DNA from: Bifidobacteriaceae bacterium
Lineage (GTDB): Bacteria > Actinomycetota > Actinomycetes > Actinomycetales > WQXJ01
NCBI GenBank assembly: GCA_031270825.1
Contig: JAISXH010000032.1
Coordinates: forward strand, 3,771 to 67,770
Length of the DNA: 64,000 bases
Reading direction: 5' to 3'
Shown one piece after another: positions 21,301-23,625 of this stretch; within the stretch, counting starts at the first letter, position 1, and each line of letters starts with the position of its first letter. The notes below the pieces were generated by a model. That model saw nothing but the letters and a program-made list of their open reading frames with translations. It was not told the DNA's origin and ran no database searches. The translations under genes and the position numbers were made by a program.

Positions 21301-21838
21301 CCGCGGTCGCGTCGTCGAAGTCCCCGAAGTCGGTGTAACTCAAGGTGTTGGCGCCGCCTGAGCCCGCCACGGTGCTCAGCACATGCACTCGCCCGGCCGA
21401 GCCCCAGGTCACCATGTGCCGTGCCTGGTCTTGCTGGCCCCCCGTCGACTGCTTGAACACCGGGCCGACGGCTATGGTCTCGCCCCAGTTGACGGCGGTG
21501 TTCCCGGGGTCGCTGGAATCCCGTTCGAACTTGATTGGCGGGTCCGAAGAGGTAACGCTGGTGATGGCCCCCGGCGAATCCCAGGCGCGGAAGGTCCCGT
21601 AGGCGACGTTCTTGTACCAGAGCTGGTCCTTGGTGAAGACGCCGTCCCAGCCGTTAGAGAACGTGATGGCGTCCGCCTCTTGGGCGCTCATCCAGGTTTG
21701 GACCAGGGTCACCCCCCCGAGAGCGATCGCGCCCGAGACCAGCAACGCGACCGGCTTGACCAGGCGGCGCGGCAGGCGCTTGACAACGCTCGAAACAGAC
21801 AGGGTGGGGGAATTCGTGGCAGTGGAACTGGCGTTCAT
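3362..21838 (-). CDS. Giant (~6,158 aa) LPXTG cell-wall-anchored surface protein made of tandem Ig-like modules (putative adhesin)
   Basis: Single uninterrupted ORF. Preferred start is ATG 21838: AAGGAAG lies 8 nt upstream and the N-terminus MNASS...KRLPRRLVKPVALLVSGAIALGGVTLVQTWMSAQEADA is signal-like. The track start is 21973. N-terminal ~440-aa non-repetitive head, an SdrD-B-like segment (GTVYNDVNGDGTIGTGEGGVPNVTVEIF) and a GEIEDYEL motif. These are followed by tens of ~90-130-aa modules of the pattern S.F..(T/S)....ANG.D...(A/V)TV.(V/L).D..(G/D)N.V. Confidence 0.9.
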   Translation of the reverse strand: MNASSTATNSPTLSVSSVVKRLPRRLVKPVALLVSGAIALGGVTLVQTWMSAQEADAITFSNGWDGVFTKDQLWYKNVAYGTFRAWDSPGAITSVTSSDPPIKFERDSSDPGNTAVNWGETIAVGPVFKQSTGGQQDQARHMVTWGSAGRVHVLSTVAGSGGANTLSYTDFGDFDDATAVSGVTASWCDFSNRWSGEINQKNGYLYQIGTGAAPTWNGDNSAISLALAIYRLNKGPGTIDCLAAANSVTDAGGTLNAQWTAMTGQPASGNWNASSDMAIDAEGNFYTFLRKTGSTSGGQPANDSRHALVRINVDQNADGTPKAGVPWTYTLVKAFTQASSGDENIYGMAFIDGNLYTAGVGSQIRRWDTLSGVQTSLGNANGAALDLAGAQMAPVISGTVYNDVNGDGTIGTGEGGVPNVTVEIFQNTGANQWTKRGEVVTATNGTYSALLNSASSEFAVRVKRPQIDGVNAQQTYASAGSFYESGTSGTHNTLTAYCTTTNGGDYTASTAENNVCPGARNDGIDALNTAQGATGDPFAATGGAAIVSKVTMTTDLAVVQADFGLTKAASWGDSPLLHTTNAQSGPYANPLRAGLQYLRLGENAQLWPDGVNDPHAAAHNTDDGLYVVPLDSQGQPASGTWAPAQGFTMVKDQAYRFRAKAAGDAAAVSASHVKIWLTSLTASGQAATSFDTAVACQTSTPDVNGYVYCDYTPTGTLPSGGIAAVQVRARISNDPGVTATSRDPADPSASSWVPAGEIEDYELGVAGSVLRIQARTLGSVAANVNLSFTNIANSPPLSQTTDSILTNSANAFVPSTTGHAVSNRTQGITISTTGVGAQTATNAGNWKLATGAADTRCYDTKTQQNLTPAITGNNLTLPAPAGGGQLPEEIICELTYIPAWDEATSTITANNGPLTVKATSDVVVRAESQVRNAVGDLVGAPAVGTEVTLTLEPDGGTLATATGAFFIYYNGTDWIETTAQSYICVIGTNYNCSSQVRVGATKSGTYLLKAQSGGVYVKNLSNLQPTSTYPVEITFTADNEPGPESSFAITSTGQKFAATSKTGNPEDYHTGVVTLLDANENPITGALVRLNWNETAPPAGLVEITEDTTPGNEGKYNVKIYSSAATTYQNLTVRYTLAGNVVDLDAPQEVVFKTRDATDPSMVITTTANQVANHGAPGLSAADWGKQTITATLADSAGNPYTSGIARLTASADSALYPGVHFANGGEFSCSVPLDSDSKCPSGVYKLDVYASAAGAKRIVVHYEGEDPAASHNLRDANSPAPPNENRYVTATYIAGPIHLPSTVFVLGDTVTNPGETNPQDDWDKKFNDDSTLYYPNGAPIDRVLGGSFHPGVRVWDLGRNNPIENANVRFVLSNPQSGTCAATFVGASSGQTSSTGKISVEVRSNIATTCVLSAEIQIEGTWQAAPNSPKTLTWKESQVASSDFTVSTATVVANGTDTGTVTVHLRDANGLPITTLAGDISADSVVGQATSGVNVGTFTHSSTTPGEYTATFTGTKVNEDNALGWELSAIVNSQPIALLTPNGNEWAKFEPDTPRAPQSWLLQPAGSVVVGTPTQNVVAHVRDFYGNDVADGTPVTFTIPANTTGNGTAGPSSSIVATTTNGLATLAVSSTDATWDNTPAYHAVTATVGGASIANVKDADTAAATPIRTDGIVRLVFAPDDPVPGQSWLVEPAGTAEANGTTTLQVRAHLRDGFGNNVADGTEVRFSIPTGVSAGSTSGAATVVVGTAGGYADIYLTSTDATWDNTPPYHSITAVIVNGGAQITDIRAADETTQLTRPNNDAQLVYTSGTPCPTESWLLQPAGSVEVGTDTQNVVAHVRDCRGNDVANGTEVTFAIPANTTGNGTAGPSTSIVATTTGGKATLAVSSTDATWDNTPAYHAVSARVGGVPIAAVKDVDTAAATPIRADGIVRLVFEPGPIGPNQSWLVQPSPATALADNQATLTVKARAKDALDNDLNTGTVTFVVPARMTAQSGSTTVSGGASGSTIVADIAAGYATVAYKTTTADSYVITAETAGGDAISAVKNAAETAADGPQDGKVELTFSPLVGADGWLIQPDGTGQKANKSDLYVVRVHAKDSNGNDAADGTPVVFTIPAGVWEGSQEGPRDVATTTTGGYASVTVTSTDATVDNTDPYHVVTAEISGVPVTAVRNAAEATTPIRNSGDVRLVFDPDDPKPEKSWLVQPAGTALANGVETLKVRAHLQDAYENNVADGTQVRFSIPLGVSAGSTSGPATVVQATAGGYADLDLTSTDATWDNTPPYHSITAVIVSSSASIAAVKDVDTSAAPAIRTTGDVRLVYTSGPPCAPDEAWLLQPAGSVEVGATTQNVVAHVRDCSGNNVADGTPVTFTIPANTTGNGTAGPSTSIVANTTNGLATLAVSSTDATGDNTPAYHAVTAKVGGESITAVKDVDTAAASPIRTDGVVRLVFDPGPWVPGSSWLIEPSGSAEANGADTLTVKVRAKDGLGNDVADGVAVTFHIPALTRAVSGGQTYTGPIDVPATTVGGYATIEVSSETANAPGSFYGITAKSGNDSVLAVRSETEALPILRNDGIAHLVFGAGPVIAANSWLVQPDGSATANGTATQLVRVHAKDGSGNDAGAGAIIFHIPSGVSVSGQAGPADIEVNVSAGWAQIAVTSTDATGDNTPPYHAVTAGVKNGGAIATVKSADETTVLLNQDGSNRDQVRLVYVPDVVDPQATADSLTVDQDNHRADGVAAAEAYMIVQDAHGNAIQGNTDGCKFDLIYTGNGPVFVGAPQATPKTITVSDPTGLDGKCTVQIVSYYEGAYPVKGTFKTFESPGPDASRPKANFQNQAPDPEKSEFSVTRTPGNTSPTKAIADGVDSYTVTVVVRDSDNHLIGNYPVDIYASPSGSSNDVLVAQGERSGTGTSLGIATYQIKTTVAGIYRVQAKFGSTAIATAPGGTVKEVPVEFVAGEPDWTKSSVVYSQGDALPDDIGVHTAQVTLRDSHDNLVSGANVFFTLETALGHFVDQNNQNLGQGTQTLTTSDVGVVGVRIKKAGIADEDVTLKIWLGSTTGTPVATHVFNFVAGGPSPANSSFVITQNPASGTPDANGVDYYQGVVTVRDINNIALAGKPVTFEFDSAGVTVTPAGPYTTNSNGQVVVTFTSTTAKAYTVNAGVGGGNARPEDQEIEFEAGPAVASKSTLTTTGSAVLANGADTHDATVVVRDAFDNPVAGQDVFFTIDPGNTSITGPTLSGTTVSSDAAGVAKVTITSNEPGTFAVNGYLGTSAAPTQLVGNSPRSVQFSAGEPDPSKSSRWVVPDTDSDPDVSVVKGDSYRITTEIISIANIKVDKANVRLVIDTGAGVLTVTPQDQTNPQITGEATSDHYGTYYWDVTTNAGGVYQAHVELWATVGATTGYHQVGAPIELRFHGGVVKADHSWLVEPGGSAVADGVAEQSVVVKAFDDSDNPATSGTVRFAVPAGVSVVGGPNPGAGPRNVDVEVQAGEAAIRVVSTVANVNPGTPYYGVTARVTAPQASVGDITTVKDPAGTVIANRNGVVHIVFTPGQPEAANSVLSIPTAAGTPGTKIANGAEAHRAEVVVRDSNSNLVGAGAAQVVFSYKHTDLAGAEVTGSWPAVATNAAGVASRDFTSLVATDWEISATIQGVEVSASPQTATFVAGPVDVRRTLDSFEVDSDTKPTNGMAPAYARVKAQDAQGNPVAGVALVLRLQYPETENGPKFNNALTGPMFVTVTSLATGFASANIFSVWERLGVNVRAELDQQVSANKQVNFASDPASTTTSRFRVDRLTPNGGTANAVADGAEGYRVTVTLRNENGDLLRGSSGTVVITPVDTTAGASASSPTVTTGTDGTATFDFKTTYAGDWKIAVQIGAGAVPREDDPLLTPREWPVVFQPGPPAADHSRLVGPTGGPAQANSSDEQIVLAEIKDAHDNPIPGASVVFTIPTDIRAKVGGSLVAGPTVTVTTSDGSAGGVKGTARLVLASAKTGLFDVTAKIGAADITTGSPARVEFVNTALSLSDSEFTITSTPPKVAGVDSHTAQVVLKDASGNVFTASRDVYFSYRLQNTSAWQEGPKVPTTSAGVAVWSFTQPVAGTYEILAEVGSGTVQGRVPDDQTIRTVVFVHGLASAQHSSFQVSAGKALADDSATHTATLTIRDANDNLVSGESVTFALTNLDNAHFVTTGCDPRTCTKVTSDTGVVEVKFASPDEGTVTVSGSLSGNRLVGTGTALFRNDAAVAAESDWTITPAGPITADGVQQYTAVVNTRDQYHNIASDAEVQFSWSPTVVDGLAITETGRYASNASGVLTVHFTAKKTGTYTVNALIAGEKVPVADKQIVFNSGPISLDPDKTFLTPPNTSAQANGVAEQVVTATVKDANNNPVLDAWVKFQVPANTQLVQGTDAEVQVDANGQARLRLVSTHAGPYSVTAEARKGTSGTYASIVGGSPAAVNFVAGPVDLAHSVISKSPAGPRDATGLPEHSYTVTVELKDAFDNPVKVSGTPIAITLQLYTPDGLTLVQGVAPVVRNVQTDGDGVASTTFTTTRAGIWKGTGGPASGDVVSGSPVSLQFDPTGVSAAASVFDASKNQVLANGTEQHSAWVIAKDANGNPKAGVSVQFTVTEGAADVAGPVTAPASGLVTTCDFYDSGKPAWCTEHGMALVYITSNEPGTFNASATIANQLVTGAPKEVSFDSGPADASQSSYTVTPDSSVQANWPAAVDNPADRYTVTVTVNSANHILVPNAQVRLNGLDSNIKIVSGAATGSTGVPGSGSYGAYTWALYTDVAGTYTADVQVWAGNQWMTIAPAQFTITYKAGDPKADHSWLVEPGGTAVANGTAEQLVVVKAFDSSNNPATSGKVEFHVPAGVSVVGGPSPGAGPRDVEVSIVAGEAGIRVVSTTANTTVGGGSEYYIVTAEISEPAASVGAIATVKDAAGQVIAGRNGQVRLVYVPGTGSGIHSVLTIPTAGQTKVVGGTDEHTARVVVKDENDSPVPGKAVRFEWTTGTQSGPASGATWTTVNAGLSDASGVATYEFAAPNNEAGWVWVKAAFNDGAWINVGGSQTNPVASQTVLGAEFQPDTVDPTETQRSFETYGPAVLNDLATRSWARVVVQDQYGNGIGGLDVTFTLPASQAGTLGTPVFVDGNTPPTSKTFTVRSCERNLTAVPDQCKREGVYTPGLAYVEVVSNYEGAFPVSGTVSQSNTNYDAGHGTVSFESPTGSQGSFTVAQTDPSAPAVVANGIASYTVTATILGQTPTGLKPASGACVAPNLPAHVTVKAPLPNSAGCGAGSFTTDLNGQVSFQIVSTQAGAALIGAKLAGVDLPTEPGGSVFTRQVVFAGGSPSALHSELISPSTPARADDPAGQTVLAVIRDAYGNLAACWAGGVQVTCEVEFDVPAQTRTGQGAAQVTGPARVRAHTSLIDFSAPNPLIASIAASITYYGAVGTHDITATVDGQPIMVADGVVASRGAAEAHITFTDSTPPGRPIVNPSDGGHVDGSVAQEDRADAAAGELEVVVTDENDVVLARCAVDTDGTFDCPIVPKVPDSTELKVVIEDASNNRTDPPVEIITDGIPPGQPVVNPSDGEHVDGTVAEEDLDDAANGDLVVVVTDENGTVVATCPVRADGTFDCPIDPGVPDGTELEIVITDPAGNETQPPVDVVTDGVAPGRPIVDESDGTHVTGEVPEGDRGDAADGELTVVVTDDDGDVVARCQVRPDGTFDCPIAPALPDGETIHVVIVDPAGNESNPVDRVVDAVPPGDPVLNESNGTNVTGHVAEEDLGDAAHGDLSVVVRDEDGDIVTTCPVNVDGTFNCTFNPRLPDGEEVTVEIVDRAGNTNDSEIVIDGVSPGTPVLEPSRGDEVTGFVPSDDLRDAANGDLTVIVTDPDTGLELCRSQVAADGSWSCTFDPAIPDGTIVEVTVIDRANNVSDQVSATIDSTPPILPVPDPSAGETLTGIGEEQGNQITVTDAQGTVLCEAVVGANRAWSCDLNPAAAEGDILTITEEDAAHNVINRPWRIGIPEIALAKPTLCLGDRQVATGLNFQPGETITAVTSGEVRVGQIRANSDGAVVFQWVIPENTPRNVHTLTLRGPLSGVHTVDFSVTCGGVPADIEPPKPAPVKAPTLPFTGADGILGMAGATLGLLLAGLLLLLAAKRRRRTEETS
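3365..3484 (-). other. Sortase sorting signal: LPFTG + hydrophobic segment + KRRRR tail
   Basis: C-terminal 40 aa LPFTGADGILGMAGATLGLLLAGLLLLLAAKRRRRTEETS. LPFTG is encoded at 3470-3484. Confidence 0.9.
3790..5420 (-). repeat. Six tandem ~90-aa Cys-pair modules forming the wall-proximal part of the giant protein
   Basis: Each unit reads PPG.P(V/I).(N/D/E)(P/E)S.G..V.G.V.E.D..DAA.G.L.VVVTD..G.V...C.V..DGTF.C...P..PDG..(L/V).V.I.D.AGN. Confidence 0.85.
13700..17190 (-). repeat. Nine ~129-aa modules arranged as a higher-order repeat (A1 | B1 A2 C1 D1 | B2 A3 C2 D2), period ~1.54 kb
   Basis: Long near-identical DNA stretches, e.g. around 14601, 16141 and 16911 (...ggccggaatcgtgaaggtcac...cgcacatgggcgaccacgttctgggtg...ccaccgaaccagccggctgca...). 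At protein level, the A modules begin SWLLQPAGSV.VG..TQNVVAHVRD and the B modules begin SWLV.PAGTA.ANG..TL.VRAHL.D. Confidence 0.85.
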
Positions 21839-21996
21839 CGACTGACTTCCTTGGGGGTAGGTCCAAATCCCTGGCCGGGCTAGGTCAGAGACTGGTCTGG
21901 TCTTGGCCTGCAGACTGCAGAACAAGGCCATGCCCGGCGGAACCACTCCGCCGTCCCGGGACGAAGCCGGCACGGTGGGGAAGCCCCGACGGGCAC

Positions 21997-22055
21997 GCTA
22001 ATGGGCACAGGTCCCAAAAGCGGACTAATGGGAGGCTAACGGCTGGGCTGATGAC
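21997..22055. promoter_or_regulatory. Phased direct repeats CTAAyGG upstream of the giant gene (candidate response-regulator sites)
   Basis: gCTAATGGGcac at 21997. Then aCTAATGGGagg, CTAACGGCtggg and CTGATGACg starting at 22025, 22036 and 22048 (11-12-nt phasing). They lie 160-215 nt upstream of ATG 21838. Confidence 0.3.
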
Positions 22056-22184
22056 GATTAAGGGCAACTGTGTAGTTCCACTCACAACGAAATTCTTGGT
22101 TATCGAGTCCCCGGCATAGCCCTTGACCTCGGCTTACGCTTCTGCTCTTAGCACCCACTTAACTCTACCGTGTCCGCCACGCCA

Positions 22185-22302
22185 CCCCCCGGGCAAAGAA
22201 CCCGGCACGCCCCCCGCCTCCCCCACGCGCCCCCGCCAACCAGATCCTCCCCCCCGAACGGCCCCCAAACGGCATCGTTTCGCCCCCTTCGCCCACGTCC
22301 CC
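22185..22302. repeat. Dense cluster of C5-C7 runs (G-runs on the minus strand): potential G-quadruplex / i-motif region
   Basis: At least eight runs of >=4-7 C within ~120 nt (cccccc, ccccc, ccccc, ccccc, ccccccc, ccccc, ccccc, cccc). Confidence 0.5.
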
Positions 22303-22303
22303 A

Positions 22304-22450
22304 CGCAAGGGGACGGTGATCCTGCTGATTCCGCAAGGGGACGGCGATTGTGTTGATTTCCGCAAGGGGACGGCGATTGTGTTGATTTCCGCAAGGGGAC
22401 GGTGATCCCGCCGATTCCGCAAGGGGGACAGTGATTGTGTTGATTCCGCA
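22304..22450 (+). repeat. Five abutting 28-29-nt tandem units of the dispersed repeat family (no spacers)
   Basis: CGCAAGGGGACGGTGATCCTGCTGATTC / CGCAAGGGGACGGCGATTGTGTTGATTTC (x2) / CGCAAGGGGACGGTGATCCCGCCGATTC / CGCAAGGGGGACAGTGATTGTGTTGATTC, followed by CGCAG. Confidence 0.95.
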
Positions 22451-22529
22451 GACCACGGTCCCACCAGCACATAGGAGGTCTGACCGGCGATCTTGCGCAG
22501 TGGTTGCGGCGCGGCGCCCCGAATCGGAG

Positions 22530-22603
22530 TGCCCCCAGCGAGACTCGAACTCGCACCGGACCGGTTTTAAGCCGGCTGCCTCTGCCAATTGGGCTATGGG
22601 GGC
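22530..22603 (-). tRNA. 74-nt tRNA with anticodon loop CUUAAAA (anticodon UAA = Leu/UUA by the code) but class-I architecture (5-nt variable loop); isotype uncertain
   Basis: Cloverleaf read by eye. Acceptor GCCCCCA/TGGGGGC + A73, U8, D-loop AATTGGCA with GG. Anticodon stem GCCGG/CCGGT, loop CTTAAAA, variable loop CCGGT, T-arm GCGAG-TTCGAGT-CTCGC. No encoded CCA. Confidence 0.75.
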
Positions 22604-22641
22604 CTGCGCGGCAGACGCCGCCAGACTCAGTTCGGACCAGA

Positions 22642-23625
22642 CTATAAGGAGAAACAGCGTCTCGGGTGGCGCGCCGCCGACAGAGCGATCCCGTCCAGAA
22701 TGTCATGCTCCGAGGTGACGACGTGCTCCAAGGCTCCGCCATTCGCCTCCACCTCCAGGCGCACCCGCTGGACCACCCGCGACCAGACCAGCGCGCCAGC
22801 GCCGATCACATCGGCCCGGCCCGGATGCATAAAGCCCATGCGAGCACGCTCCTGGCGCGCCGCCTGCCACAACTCCTCGCAGGAACGCAAGACCTGGCCC
22901 ACAGTCAAGACCGCGCCGTCGATCCGTTCCGGCTGGTAGCGCGTCAGCCCCAGGGCATGAGCCGTGATAGTGGTGATCGAGCCGGCCAAGCCGATCAAGG
23001 TGGCCGCCTGGCCCAGCGGCACATGGCCGGCGGCCGCGTCCAAGACCGCGTCCACGGCCCGGATGGCGGCCGCGACCTCATCGCCAGTCGGCGGATCGGA
23101 CCGCAAGTAGCGTTCGGTCACGCGCACACAGCCCACATCCATCGAATAGGCGAAGTCCGGCTCGGCACTCCCCAGGACCAATTCGGTGGACCCGCCGCCC
23201 AGGTCGACGCACAAGTACGGCTGTTCCAGGCCGCTCGGCAAGGCCGTCAGCGCGCCGGCGAAAGATAGACGAGCCTCCTCCAGACCGTCGATCACCTCCG
23301 GCTCGACGCCCAGTTCCGCCCGCACCCCGTCCAGGAAGACATTGCGATTGGCCGCGTCGCGCGTCGCCGACGTGGCCACGAAACGCAGGCTGCCCACCCG
23401 CTCTTGGCGGCAGAGCTGCCCGAACCGCGCCACCGCGCCCAAGGTCCGCTCGAGCGAATCGGGTGCGAACCGGCCCGTCCGGTCCACGTCCTGGCCCAGT
23501 CGCACGATCTCCATCAGCCGGGTGACATCCCGCAGCCGCCCCGCGGCCGGGTCCACATCTGCGATCAGCAGCCGGATCGAATTGGTCCCGCAGTCGATCC
23601 CGGCGGCCCGCACCCGCTCAGCCAC
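22642..23625 (-). CDS. ppx: Exopolyphosphatase / GppA family (Ppx)
   Basis: AAGIDCGTNSIRLLIADV near the N-terminus and DLGGGSTELV. The ORF track start (24027) overlaps the upstream gene by 400 nt. An in-frame GTG at 23625 (VAERVRAAGIDCGTN) is preferred, but the start is not certain. Confidence 0.8.
   Translation of the reverse strand: MAERVRAAGIDCGTNSIRLLIADVDPAAGRLRDVTRLMEIVRLGQDVDRTGRFAPDSLERTLGAVARFGQLCRQERVGSLRFVATSATRDAANRNVFLDGVRAELGVEPEVIDGLEEARLSFAGALTALPSGLEQPYLCVDLGGGSTELVLGSAEPDFAYSMDVGCVRVTERYLRSDPPTGDEVAAAIRAVDAVLDAAAGHVPLGQAATLIGLAGSITTITAHALGLTRYQPERIDGAVLTVGQVLRSCEELWQAARQERARMGFMHPGRADVIGAGALVWSRVVQRVRLEVEANGGALEHVVTSEHDILDGIALSAARHPRRCFSL

Noticed and set aside
3393-21361. 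Long plus-strand and alternative-frame ORFs overlapping the giant gene (e.g. 9725-12613, 19361-21361, 6032-7531, 15173-16630)
   Set aside because: Their translations are Arg/Gly/His/Pro-rich with no recognisable motifs, which is typical of stop-poor antisense frames in high-GC DNA. The minus-strand frame encodes coherent Ig-like modules and a sorting signal.
3362-21838. bldA-like control of the giant gene by the neighbouring tRNA(UAA) through rare TTA codons
   Set aside because: I checked every taa trinucleotide I could see on the plus strand within the gene against the reading frame. All fell out of frame (mostly TAC/TAT/ATT contexts). The scan was manual, so it should be re-run computationally.
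21839-21973. Upstream extension of the giant ORF (track start at 21973)
   Set aside because: The 45 extra residues are not signal-like. ATG 21838 has a good AAGGAAG RBS and is followed by a charged-then-hydrophobic signal sequence.
22304-22450. Possible CRISPR array, since the unit length of 28-29 nt is CRISPR-like
   Set aside because: The units abut directly with no spacers and are not partially palindromic. No cas genes or leader are present, and the same unit occurs singly inside ORFs. This is a tandem/dispersed repeat, not CRISPR.
1-22603. Integrative element, prophage or defence island next to the tRNA
   Set aside because: No integrase, recombinase, phage, restriction, toxin-antitoxin or nucleotide-signalling genes are recognisable. 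The content is limited to surface proteins and a two-component system.
22134-22742. ORFs of 100-200 aa spanning the C-run region, the repeat array and the tRNA
   Set aside because: They are read-through of repeat units (GTVIVLI / QGDGDCA / NHRPLAE peptides) and of a tRNA gene. No RBS or coherent protein features.
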